Assembly: GCA_038904515.1 (NCBI GenBank)
Contig: JBCKKA010000002.1
Location: forward strand, 1,215-65,214
Direction of reading: 5' to 3'
Length of the DNA: 64,000 nt
Source of the DNA: Acidimicrobiia bacterium
Lineage (GTDB): Bacteria > Actinomycetota > Acidimicrobiia > IMCC26256 > PALSA-555
Shown piece by piece: positions 45,869-55,102 of this stretch. Each line of letters begins with the position of its first letter. The first letter of the stretch is position 1. Both the position numbers and the translations under genes were made by a program. The notes under the pieces were generated by a model that was given only the letters and a program-made list of their open reading frames with translations, did not search any database and had not been told where the DNA came from.

Positions 45869-46358
45869 ATGACCAAGAGGATTGAGTATCGCACTTGCCC
45901 CTTTTGTGAGGCGACCTGTGGTCTTGAACTCCATCTAGAAGATTCTGAAATAACTTTGGTCCGGGGCGATCGCGACGATGTTTTCAGCAAAGGTTTTCTT
46001 TGTCCTAAGAGCATGGATGCATAACCTCGACATTCTTGTCAAAGGCAAAGATCGGTGCACGCTTCAAGTTCATCCCGACGACGCACAAAAAATCGGAGTT
46101 GCGCCCGGACAAATAGCGCGGGTCAAGTCGAAAGCAGGAGAACTCGAAGTGGCGGTTGATATCACCGACGCGTTGATGCCGGGAGTAGTGAGCCTGCCCC
46201 ACGGTTGGGGTCACGGCTCAAACCAAATTCAGATGGGCGTCGCCCGCGAGCGGGCGGGAGTCAACAGCAATATTTTGACCGACAGTTCGTTAGTCGATCC
46301 ACTATCGGGGAATGCAGTACTTAACGGAATACCGGTCGAGGTTTCGCTAGCTACTTGA
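45869..46358 (+). pseudogene. remnant of a molybdopterin (bis-MGD) oxidoreductase: N-terminal 4Fe-4S segment fused out of frame to the C-terminal MGD-binding domain
   Basis: 45869-46024 encodes MTKRIEYRTCPFCEATCGLE...GDRDDVFSKGFLCPKS then a stop. In the +1 frame from about 46007 it reads AWMHNLDILVKGKDRCTLQVHPDDA...VVSLPHGWGH...LNGIPVEV. The roughly 600 residues normally between these segments are missing. Confidence 0.8.
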
Positions 46359-47174
46359 CGCGACTCCAGTTTCTTTTTCTCGAGCCGCGATAGCCATAGT
46401 GCCTATGGTTGAAATGAACTGATCGATATTGCTAGTTTTACCTACCACGATGTCGCGTTGATTCCCACCACCGGGGAATTCGGGCGGCGCAAAAAACTCA
46501 AAACCATCAGTTTCAAGTGCGGTGGCAATGCTGGCCGCGCAATCACTAGCGGGCACTAGCGGTCCGGAATAAATCGCAGCATCATTGTCGGGTAGATCCC
46601 AGATTTCAGTTTCAATTGGACCCGGAAGTATCAACTTAACTTCCACTCCGGTACCCGCGAGATCAATAGCCAGAGATTCACTCCAGCCGCACAGCGCGAA
46701 TTTGGATGCACAGTAGGCCGCCTCGTGTGCGATTCCTATTCGGCCTCCCAGCGACGCAACGTTCACAATGCACCCCGATTTACGGGCTAGCCAATGGGGT
46801 AGTAGCGCCAGTGTCATACCGACAGGGGAAGCAAAGTTGATTTCCATAACCGAATCAATATCAGCGGGAGTTAAGCGGTCTACTGGTGTGCGTTTAGGGA
46901 TAGCCGCGTTATTGATCAAGCAATCGAGTCCACCAAAATGTTTCCACGCGTCAAGTGCGATCGATTGGGCTTGGTCGCGATCGCTAAGATCACCCTGCCA
47001 AAGTCGCGAATCAGGCGAATACTCACGACATTGTTCGAGTACTTCTTCTAAACGATTCTGTCGCCGCGCCACAATCCCTACCGTTGCACCGCGTTTAGCG
47101 AGTAATGGTGCTAATGCCGCGCCAATCCCTGAAGATGCTCCGGTAATAAGAATTTTTGATTCTTTTATCCTCAC
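46347..47174 (-). CDS. short-chain dehydrogenase/reductase (SDR)
   Basis: ILITGASSGIGAALA, NNAA and YCASK. GTG 47174 is preceded by AAGAGGA. The track ORF to 47348 overlaps the divergent gene and is trimmed. Confidence 0.8.
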   Translation of the reverse strand: MRIKESKILITGASSGIGAALAPLLAKRGATVGIVARRQNRLEEVLEQCREYSPDSRLWQGDLSDRDQAQSIALDAWKHFGGLDCLINNAAIPKRTPVDRLTPADIDSVMEINFASPVGMTLALLPHWLARKSGCIVNVASLGGRIGIAHEAAYCASKFALCGWSESLAIDLAGTGVEVKLILPGPIETEIWDLPDNDAAIYSGPLVPASDCAASIATALETDGFEFFAPPEFPGGGNQRDIVVGKTSNIDQFISTIGTMAIAAREKETGVASSS

Positions 47175-47220
47175 GGATTCCTCTTTTACCCTTGAATTGG
47201 TGACGCTATCATCAGCGCTT

Positions 47221-48483
47221 ATGCATGATGTTGTAGTACTCGGGGCCGGTATGGCGGGAGTTACCGCAGCACGCGAGTGTGTTCGCAATGGTCTCGATGT
47301 AGTTGTGCTTGAAGCAACCGATCGAATTGGCGGTCGCATGCTCACCACTCGCGATTTTGCTAATGGTCCAGTTGAGTGTGGAGCCGAATTCGTTCATACG
47401 AAGGATGCCGATACTTGGACCGAGATCAAAGCTGGCGATTTCGAAACTCGGGAATGCAATCCCGCTGACGGCTACCTCATGTCGATAGACGGAGTTCGTT
47501 CTCCGGAGTTGTATCAAGATCCCACCCTCGGCCAATTGGGAGATCTTTTAGGCGAGTTAGAAAATTTCCAAGGACCCGACATCACTGCCGCCGAACTTTT
47601 GGAGCGTAAAGGCCTAACCGGAGTGGGGCGAATCATGGCCGAACAGATGCTTACCATTCATCCCCTCGGCGACCTCGATCAGTTGAGCGTGCAAGGAATA
47701 CACGACGATCGGGTTGTCGAACTCGAACGGGGTCTCGACTGGAGGCTGGTAGCGGGCTACGACGCGCTACCGACTTGGATTGGTAAAGGTTTGGATATTC
47801 GTTACGAAACCTCGGTCGCGGAGATTCGCTGGAGTGAAGACCGCGCCACGGCCGTGAGCCGCGCGGGTGAAGAGTTCGCCGGTCGGTCGGTTATCTGTAC
47901 TGCTCCGGTCGGCGTATTGAAGGCGGGTGCGATTCGATTTTCTCCCGATTTACCCGCTTCAAAATGGCAGGCGCTCAACGGTTTAGAGATGGGTTCGGTA
48001 ATGAAGATCCTGTTTCGTTTCCAAGAAAGATTTTGGCCGGCCGACCTAACCATGTTGGGTTGTGATGGACCGGTACGGCTCTACTGGACGCCCCTTTACG
48101 GTTGGGGCGACGACGCCACTCCCATTTTAATTGCCTATGTTGGTGGGTATCGCGCCCGAGCACTTTCGGCTCGCACTGAGGCCGATGCGATTAAAACCGC
48201 GCTGGACGATCTTGATCGAGTATTTCCTGAAATCAAACCTTCGCAACTCATTGAGGAATCGCGACGAATTGATTGGTGTACTAACGAAAATACGCGTGGA
48301 GGATACAGCTTTGTCCGTATCGGTGGAGCGGGATCGCGTGGCGCTCTGGCTGCTCCCGACACCGGGGCATTGTTTTGGGCGGGCGACGGAACTGCGACCG
48401 AAACTATTGCCTCGGTAGTGCACGCCGCTTACGCCAGCGGATTGCGAGCGGCCGGCGAAGTTAGCGGTCACCTAGGTTCTTAA
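47221..48483 (+). CDS. flavin-containing amine oxidase family protein
   Basis: DVVVLGAGMAGVTAARE...VVVLEATDRIGGR dinucleotide fold and a C-terminal LFWAGDGTA motif. The ATG at 47221 lies inside track ORF 46768..48483. Confidence 0.8.
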   Translation: MHDVVVLGAGMAGVTAARECVRNGLDVVVLEATDRIGGRMLTTRDFANGPVECGAEFVHTKDADTWTEIKAGDFETRECNPADGYLMSIDGVRSPELYQDPTLGQLGDLLGELENFQGPDITAAELLERKGLTGVGRIMAEQMLTIHPLGDLDQLSVQGIHDDRVVELERGLDWRLVAGYDALPTWIGKGLDIRYETSVAEIRWSEDRATAVSRAGEEFAGRSVICTAPVGVLKAGAIRFSPDLPASKWQALNGLEMGSVMKILFRFQERFWPADLTMLGCDGPVRLYWTPLYGWGDDATPILIAYVGGYRARALSARTEADAIKTALDDLDRVFPEIKPSQLIEESRRIDWCTNENTRGGYSFVRIGGAGSRGALAAPDTGALFWAGDGTATETIASVVHAAYASGLRAAGEVSGHLGS

Positions 48484-48513
48484 TCTGGAACTCCCGATCT
48501 GGATCAAGTTTAT

Positions 48514-49770
48514 TTAAAGATCGGTAACAGTCTTCGAGTCGTTCATCGCAGCTCTAAATATTCCCTTAGCCATGAGTGAAGTTTCCTCTTGGGCTCGCTG
48601 GCGATAAATCTCAGTGTGGGCGCGAGCAACAACGCGAGCCTTGTCATTGGGAGCAGTAGCAACAAATGCCCACTGCACAAGCTGAGCTGCGGTGCGTAGA
48701 TCGCCGGCTTTAGCCACCGCGAGTGCCCGCTTAGCCAGCGCCTCAGGCCCGCCCGCCATAGTGGCAATTTCAAGGGCCAAAGTTTTATCGCGCGGAGGTT
48801 TTAGCCGAGCAGGATTTCCATCAAACCAACCGCCGTACTGGCGCCATAGATTATGCAAAATAAATTCGGGGTCATCATAAACCGGTCGCAAGTAGGGTCG
48901 TTCCAGCAGACGGTCAGGGGCGCGCACGGTATGAATTATGTCGTCAAGAGTGGCTCCCGCATTCATCATTATTAAAGTCTCGGTGTGTAGATACTCGAGT
49001 AATTCGGCGCTCTCTTCTAAGGCTTGGCGCACCCGATCGGCCCCCATCACCGGCAGACCATGACCCGGCAGTAGCACCTCAGCATTCAGCGCCGCTATTT
49101 TTCGCAGGGCGTGCGCCCACTCAATGGGGTAACGCTGAGTTTTTTGAGGATTACCGCAATTGGGCGCGGCCCAAATAAATAAATCTCCTACACAAACCGC
49201 GCGCCGTTCTGGAGCCCAAACCCAAGTGTGGTCGTCGGTTTCGCCGCGCGCGTGGTGGAGTTCGAATTGCTCACCACCTACTTCAATAATTAATTCATTT
49301 TTATATGTCTCATCGGGATAGCGGTAGTCGTGAGGCCAAACAAAATCGGTTAATCCAAATTGTCGGCGGTTTATTTTCTCGTTGTAACCACCGGTGATTC
49401 GATAGCGGTCGAATCGGTCAGTAATGGCTTCGTGAGCAACGACGCGTGGCGCGAGTACTCCCGCGCTGGCGTTATCGGCGTCGTAATACTCCACTCCAAA
49501 ACAGTGATCTATGTGACCGTGAGTAAACACGGCCGTATTTAGTGGAGCGTCACTCCACCTTCGTACTGAATTGTGTATGAGTTCAGCCATGGCGGTACTG
49601 CCGGTGTCTACCAGCACTAATCCGTCTTCGGTAAGCAGAGCATTGACATTGGCAAAGCCGTGTACGAAAAGAGTGGTGTCGTCTATCGATGCGCTGACCC
49701 CTGGGTTATCAAACGCGTTGTAACGGGTATCGCCGCGCCAGAGGTCGTCGGCTAACGCGAGCAAGTCCAT
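48514..49770 (-). CDS. MBL-fold alkyl/aryl-sulfatase-like hydrolase (no SCP2 tail)
   Basis: VLVDTGS, THGHIDH, then an alkyl-sulfatase dimerisation-like helical C-terminus. ATG 49770 was chosen (MDLLALADDLW). Confidence 0.6.
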   Translation of the reverse strand: MDLLALADDLWRGDTRYNAFDNPGVSASIDDTTLFVHGFANVNALLTEDGLVLVDTGSTAMAELIHNSVRRWSDAPLNTAVFTHGHIDHCFGVEYYDADNASAGVLAPRVVAHEAITDRFDRYRITGGYNEKINRRQFGLTDFVWPHDYRYPDETYKNELIIEVGGEQFELHHARGETDDHTWVWAPERRAVCVGDLFIWAAPNCGNPQKTQRYPIEWAHALRKIAALNAEVLLPGHGLPVMGADRVRQALEESAELLEYLHTETLIMMNAGATLDDIIHTVRAPDRLLERPYLRPVYDDPEFILHNLWRQYGGWFDGNPARLKPPRDKTLALEIATMAGGPEALAKRALAVAKAGDLRTAAQLVQWAFVATAPNDKARVVARAHTEIYRQRAQEETSLMAKGIFRAAMNDSKTVTDL

Positions 49771-49780
49771 AACGCCAATA

Positions 49781-50413
49781 GTGTCAGAGGTGATGAGGAT
49801 CCGTCGGGAACTCCAAGAAGCGGCTGGGGCACTAGCAAAGGCGGATAAGGCAATGCGACAAACCATTGCCCGCATTGGGCCACCCGATTTTGCTCGAGGA
49901 AAGCGGGGCCAAGATCATTTTGCCCATCTCGTGCGAGCGATATGCGGTCAGCAACTTTCCGGTGCGGCGGCCACCACTATCCACGCCCGAATAGTCGCAA
50001 CGGTAGGCGGCACGATTACTCCCAAAATTATTGCCACGAGTTCACTTGAGCAGTTGCGAGCCGCGGGGCTATCACGGGCCAAAATAAACGCGGTGCACGA
50101 TTTGGCTGAGCATGTAATTTCGGGAGAGTTGCCACTGGACCGAATTGCCCGTCGCTCCAACTCTGAAGTCATTGATGCATTAACGCAAGTACGAGGAATC
50201 GGGCCTTGGACGGCAGAGATGTTCTTGATGTTTCAACTTGGGCGTCTCGATGTGTGGCCGGTTACTGATCTTGGTGTGCGTAAGGGTTACGCGTTCATTC
50301 ATGGATTAGCAACTGCTCCCGACTCGCGCGCCCTCGAACCCCTTGGCGATCGCTATCGACCGTACCGTTCGGTGGCGGCATGGTACTGCTGGCAAGCGCT
50401 CGACTCGCAGTAG
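49781..50413 (+). CDS. alkA: DNA-3-methyladenine glycosylase II (HhH-GPD family)
   Basis: HhH-GPD core LTQVRGIGPWTAEMFLMF...DVWPVTDLGVRKG. Confidence 0.75.
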   Translation: MSEVMRIRRELQEAAGALAKADKAMRQTIARIGPPDFARGKRGQDHFAHLVRAICGQQLSGAAATTIHARIVATVGGTITPKIIATSSLEQLRAAGLSRAKINAVHDLAEHVISGELPLDRIARRSNSEVIDALTQVRGIGPWTAEMFLMFQLGRLDVWPVTDLGVRKGYAFIHGLATAPDSRALEPLGDRYRPYRSVAAWYCWQALDSQ

Positions 50414-50473
50414 TTGCTCTAAGGCCGCAATAAATAAGTCCGACGATCGACCGTCAGTCTAAGGTTTAGTAAA

Positions 50474-51751
50474 ATGTCTCTTCATCAACCCGGTCCCGAA
50501 GATATAACCGACGCCTATCTTGATGGTGACCGAATATTCGTTCGCGGTACGGCTGGAGCGGCGTTAAAAAACCGCGCGTTCCGCATCGTTTGGTCGGGTA
50601 TTTTTGCTTCCAATATCGGCACTTGGATGCAGAATGTTTTGCTCGGTGCTTATGGTTTTGAACTTACTGGGTCAGCTACCTACGTGGGAATTTTATTTTT
50701 CTGTCAGTTAGGTCCGTTACTGTTTCTCTCAAATATTGGCGGCGTACTAGCCGATCGGCTCGATCGGCGAGCGTTCTTGCTGATATGCCAAATTCAACAG
50801 TTAGTTTTTTCGGTCTTATTAGCCCTACTAGTAGCTTCGGGCGATCCCAGCGAAGTTGTCCTCGCTCTATTTGTGTTAGCTATCGGGTTTGGCAACGCAC
50901 TAGGAGCGCCGGCCTTAAACGCCATCTTGCCCACGCTGGTGCCGCGAGCCGATCTGGCGGGCGCGGTGGCGTTGCAATCCGTGCAGATGAATCTCTCGCG
51001 AGTTATTGGACCTGCCATTGGTGCGGCTATTTATGTTGTCGTCGGACCGGCTCCAGTATTTTTTCTTAACGCTGCGACCTACCTTTTTGCCATAGTGGCA
51101 TTAGTCGTCGTCCAATATCCTCGTCGTCCAGCCGCGGCTAACCCGCTGGGAGTGTTTAAACAATTAACCGAAGGCTTTCGGGTAGTACATCGTGACCCCG
51201 TTTTGCGTCGGGTGCTCGCAATTCTCGTAACTCTGTCGTTTTTCTCGTTGGTATTTGTTGGCTTGATGCCCGCACTCGCGGTCGAGAATCTTGGTATTAA
51301 GGCGCGCTCGATTGAATACGGAGTGTTGTACGGAGTATTCGGTCTTGGTGCCACTATCGGTGCGGTCAGTGTAGGAACCCTGTTGGCGCAACGCTCGAAG
51401 GCTCGCTTGGTGCGGCCCGGTTTGGTTGCGTTCGCGATTTTATTGGCGATCTTTGCTTTAGTGCGATCACCGCTGGCTGCGTTCATCGTGGTTCCAATTT
51501 TGGGTTACGCCTATTTCTTGGTGATCACGTCGTTATCAACGGTGTTGCAAGAACGGGTCGACGATGCTTACCGCGGTCGAGTAATGGCGCTATGGGTCAT
51601 GGGTTTCGGCGGTACGGTGCCGCTAGGGGTATTGATAGCGGGACCGATAGCACAAGCCACATCTATAACCGCGGTCGTTCTGTTTGGTGCGGCCGTCGCG
51701 GCTGGATTGGCGTTGTGGTCGGGACTGGTGAAAGTCGGCGCGCCCGGCTGA
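50474..51751 (+). CDS. MFS transporter
   Basis: 425 aa, about 12 TM helices, with LADRLDRR loop motif. Confidence 0.75.
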   Translation: MSLHQPGPEDITDAYLDGDRIFVRGTAGAALKNRAFRIVWSGIFASNIGTWMQNVLLGAYGFELTGSATYVGILFFCQLGPLLFLSNIGGVLADRLDRRAFLLICQIQQLVFSVLLALLVASGDPSEVVLALFVLAIGFGNALGAPALNAILPTLVPRADLAGAVALQSVQMNLSRVIGPAIGAAIYVVVGPAPVFFLNAATYLFAIVALVVVQYPRRPAAANPLGVFKQLTEGFRVVHRDPVLRRVLAILVTLSFFSLVFVGLMPALAVENLGIKARSIEYGVLYGVFGLGATIGAVSVGTLLAQRSKARLVRPGLVAFAILLAIFALVRSPLAAFIVVPILGYAYFLVITSLSTVLQERVDDAYRGRVMALWVMGFGGTVPLGVLIAGPIAQATSITAVVLFGAAVAAGLALWSGLVKVGAPG

Positions 51752-52422
51752 TGACCGCCAACCCCGACGATTCGCAGTGGTCGTTCCCCGCACCCACTCG
51801 GGGAGAAGATTTAGTCGGCGTGGGCGCCGACTTGGCGCCGGCTACTTTGCTTAACGCGTATCGGCACGGACTGTTTCCTATGCGGGTTGCCAAAAACGGC
51901 CCATTGGGCTGGTGGTCACCCGACCCGCGTGCGGTGTTACCGCTTACCGATTTTCACCGAGGTCGTTCTTTACGCCGAGCCGAGCGGCGGTTTGGGCTAA
52001 GTGTCGACAAAGCGTTTGAAGAAGTGATGCGTAGATGTGCCGACCCTCGTCGCCCTCACGGCTGGATCGACGAAGAATTCATTACTGCTTATGTACGGTT
52101 ACACGAGATGGGGTTTGCTCACAGCGTCGAGGTGTGGTCTACCGCAGAGGCGCAACCTCACCAACTAGTGGGTGGTATTTATGGAGTCGCGATTGGGGGT
52201 CTTTTTGCGGGCGAATCGATGTTTTCTCTCGCTAGTGGTGCCTCGAAAGTTGCTTTGGCAGCACTCGTAGACCGTTTACGCACTGGTGGAGGAAAACTCT
52301 TTGATGTCCAGTGGCTAACTCCGCACCTAGCATCTTTAGGAGTCATCGAGATAAGCAGATCAGAATATTCGACCGCACTAAAAGCCGCGGTAAAACGCCC
52401 ACAGCTTCGACTAGCTGACTAG
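51751..52422 (+). CDS. aat: leucyl/phenylalanyl-tRNA--protein transferase
   Basis: LLNAYRHGLFPM, WWSPDPR and GESMFS motifs. The ATG overlaps the MFS stop (TGATG). Confidence 0.85.
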   Translation: MTANPDDSQWSFPAPTRGEDLVGVGADLAPATLLNAYRHGLFPMRVAKNGPLGWWSPDPRAVLPLTDFHRGRSLRRAERRFGLSVDKAFEEVMRRCADPRRPHGWIDEEFITAYVRLHEMGFAHSVEVWSTAEAQPHQLVGGIYGVAIGGLFAGESMFSLASGASKVALAALVDRLRTGGGKLFDVQWLTPHLASLGVIEISRSEYSTALKAAVKRPQLRLAD

Positions 52423-53538
52423 TTCCTCTTGGTTGACCGCATCAAACAGCGCGTATTCAACTTCGGTGTCGGGCGCATCTTCATAATCAATTACACCAAT
52501 TTCGGTGAAACGATCGCGCAGCCAACCGTCGCCGGCATCGAGTAGACCGAGTTTTTTACAATTGGGAACAATCTTCGAAAATAAGGCAGCCTGAAATGGG
52601 TTAGTACCAGTTGATTGAAAAGCCATAAACATTTCAGTAACTGTTTTTCGGCTGATTCCGCATTTCTCCCAAACGGTATGCATCATCAACCGGTCGCGCA
52701 TGCGCAGAGCCGACTCAAAAGCAAACTCTTGGCGTTCTTTTATCTCGTTGTTGTCAAGACCCTGATAAAACTCTTGTAGAGATAGCACGCCAAAAGCGAC
52801 ATGGCGGGCTTCATCGCTCATGACGTAGCGCAGCAGTGACTTCAATAACGGTTCAGTCGTAATTGCGTGCATCATTCCAAATGCGGCCAGCGCTAGTCCT
52901 TCGATCATGATCTGCATACCCATATAGGTCATGTCCCAGCGGCTATCGAGCAAGATATCGTCAATTAGTAGTTGCAAGTTGGCGTTGACGGGATAGTGAC
53001 CATCAAGTTTGGTATCAAGATAGCGAGCAAACACCTCGACATGACGAGCTTCGTCGACCACCTGAGTAGCGGCGTAATACTTTGCGTCGATCCACGGAGT
53101 GGTATTAACGATTTTGGCAGTACAGAGCAGTGCGCCTTGCTCGCCGTGAAGAAATTGGCTCATGCGCCAATTGAAAGCTTCGGTAGCAAAGACTTCCCAT
53201 TCTTTATCACTCCATAATTTGAGTGGTGAATTAGGCATCGCGGTAAAACTGTCTCGCATACCTTGGAATGCCACTTGCATTTCGCGGGCAACTTTTTCTA
53301 TATCTACTTCAATCGACCAGTCGAGGTCGGTCGATACATTCCACTGCGAAGTCTTAGCGCGTTCGTAGAGCTTTGATAGTCCTGGTCGGGTGCGCTCGTA
53401 GTCCCAAGTGAAAACGGTGTCGCCGCCTATGGGAGTGGAGTATTCGTCAGTGCCAAAATCTATAGCGTCATCAGCCAAAATCGAGGCAATGCTGTTGACA
53501 TCAGCTCGACCAAGTGCTTCGAATTTATCCATTTTCAA
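52411..53538 (-). CDS. ferritin-like di-iron carboxylate protein (AurF / R2-like oxidase superfamily)
   Basis: Two E...DEARH sets (FLHGEQGA...VDEARHVEVF and IEGLA...SDEARHVAFG). 375 aa. GC is noticeably low, about 42-53% in two 60-nt hand counts. Confidence 0.6.
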   Translation of the reverse strand: MKMDKFEALGRADVNSIASILADDAIDFGTDEYSTPIGGDTVFTWDYERTRPGLSKLYERAKTSQWNVSTDLDWSIEVDIEKVAREMQVAFQGMRDSFTAMPNSPLKLWSDKEWEVFATEAFNWRMSQFLHGEQGALLCTAKIVNTTPWIDAKYYAATQVVDEARHVEVFARYLDTKLDGHYPVNANLQLLIDDILLDSRWDMTYMGMQIMIEGLALAAFGMMHAITTEPLLKSLLRYVMSDEARHVAFGVLSLQEFYQGLDNNEIKERQEFAFESALRMRDRLMMHTVWEKCGISRKTVTEMFMAFQSTGTNPFQAALFSKIVPNCKKLGLLDAGDGWLRDRFTEIGVIDYEDAPDTEVEYALFDAVNQEELVS

Positions 53539-53664
53539 ATCCTTTAAGCGTTCTGGTTCAAGACTCTAATTGCACATTACCTTAACGATCAGTTTCAGAG
53601 TAATCTCATCAGCAAGAATACTCAAGTATATTCTGAAACAAGAAAACTCGCAGACAGGAATCTC

Positions 53665-54924
53665 ATGACCAGTACCGAACTCGACCTAGAGGCTATGCGT
53701 ACTGAAGTACGGGAGTGGATAACCAAGTCGTGGGATCCCGAATTGACGGTGGCACAGTGGTGGCAAATCCTCAGTGACGGTCGATGGGCGGTTCCGACAT
53801 GGCCGGAAGAAACCTTGGGCCGGGGTTATCCCTTTGCTGCGGCCCGAGTGATAGCGGAAGAATTGAAGGCCGCGGATGCGGTGGGTGCGCCGGCCGGATT
53901 AGGAATGTTGTTAGCTGGGCCGACTATTTACACTCACGGCACGCCTGAGCAAAAAAGTCGTTACCTCGTACCGATCGTCAACGGGCAAGAAGCCTGGTGC
54001 CAGTTATTCAGCGAACCGAGCGCGGGTTCTGACCTCGCAAGTTTGCAAACCAAAGCGGTACGCGACGGCGATGAATGGATTATTACGGGACAAAAAGTTT
54101 GGACATCCGGGGGCGCGGTAGCCGATCTCGGAATGTTGTTGGCCCGCACCGACTCCGATGCGCCGAAACACAAAGGCATCAGCTATTTCGCGTTTTCTAT
54201 GGATCAACCAGGAGTCGAGGTGCGACCGTTACGAGAAATGACCGGGCGCGCGTTATTTAGCGAAGTATTTATTGACGGGGCGCGTGTTTCCAACGATGCC
54301 CTAATCGGTGGGCTCAATAACGGCTGGGCGGTTGCCAACACGACTTTGGCTTTCGAACGGTCAGGGCTCGGCGGCGGAGGTAGTGGCGCGGGGGGAGCGG
54401 CGTTCCCTGGTCCTAAAACTGGAGTTCTCAATACTCGAGTGGGAGATTTAATCAATGGGCGGGGTCGTTCAGTGCAACCGAGCGCGTTTGGCGGATCGTT
54501 CGATTTGTTTTGCAACTTGGCCGAAAAAGTCGGTCGCGCTAATGATCCCACTATTCGTCAGCATTTGGCTGAGCTCTATACGCTCAACGAGATTGGACGG
54601 TACACCTCGCTACGAATCAAAGCGGTCCGATCGAGCGGTAAAGGCATTAATGCGGCGGGCAATCTCGCAAAGTTGTTAATGAGCCGCATCACTCGACTAA
54701 GTCGCGACCTTGGTCCCGAGATTCTTGGCGCGGAAGCTATGTTGACCGGCGAATCGACCATTGGCGGCGGGGTTATTCAAGAGATGACACTGTTTGCTCC
54801 GGCTCCGTCTATCTACGGTGGGAGTGACGAAATCCAAAAAAATATTATCGGCGAACGAGGCCTGGGCCTACCCAAAGAGCCTTTTGTGGCGGTCAATGGT
54901 CGGGGCGAACCCTTGAATACTTGA
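53665..54924 (+). CDS. acyl-CoA dehydrogenase (419 aa)
   Basis: CQLFSEPSAGSD and C-terminal IYGGSDEIQKNIIGERGLGLP. A Gly-rich insert GLGGGGSGAGGAAFPG is present. Confidence 0.85.
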   Translation: MTSTELDLEAMRTEVREWITKSWDPELTVAQWWQILSDGRWAVPTWPEETLGRGYPFAAARVIAEELKAADAVGAPAGLGMLLAGPTIYTHGTPEQKSRYLVPIVNGQEAWCQLFSEPSAGSDLASLQTKAVRDGDEWIITGQKVWTSGGAVADLGMLLARTDSDAPKHKGISYFAFSMDQPGVEVRPLREMTGRALFSEVFIDGARVSNDALIGGLNNGWAVANTTLAFERSGLGGGGSGAGGAAFPGPKTGVLNTRVGDLINGRGRSVQPSAFGGSFDLFCNLAEKVGRANDPTIRQHLAELYTLNEIGRYTSLRIKAVRSSGKGINAAGNLAKLLMSRITRLSRDLGPEILGAEAMLTGESTIGGGVIQEMTLFAPAPSIYGGSDEIQKNIIGERGLGLPKEPFVAVNGRGEPLNT

Positions 54925-55102
54925 TTCCGAGTTGTGCTTTTAAAGTCACCAAGAAAAGCTCCGCCTCGAAGCCACTCCATAAGAAGAGCGACATTGTTCG
55001 TCTTCAAGCCTTAACGAATAAAAAATGCGCAGATAGGCTGTCCTAGTAGCCGCCAGTTAAGCGGTGAAAGTCCGCTAAATACGCGCGGAGGCTAGATTAT
55101 AT

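Noticed and set aside
46768-47348. Mutually overlapping long N-terminal extensions of the SDR (to 47348) and the amine oxidase (from 46768).
   Set aside because: Both conserved Rossmann N-termini start at internal codons (GTG 47174 with an AAGAGGA SD; ATG 47221). The extensions are antisense to each other's coding sequence.
55060-55076. AGCGGTGAAAGTCCGCT, which is reminiscent of the GGTGAAA.TCC core of cobalamin riboswitches.
   Set aside because: It is only a 5-bp stem-loop. No B12 box and no other riboswitch helices are nearby, and no gene lies downstream on that strand. It is more likely a small terminator-like hairpin between convergent genes.
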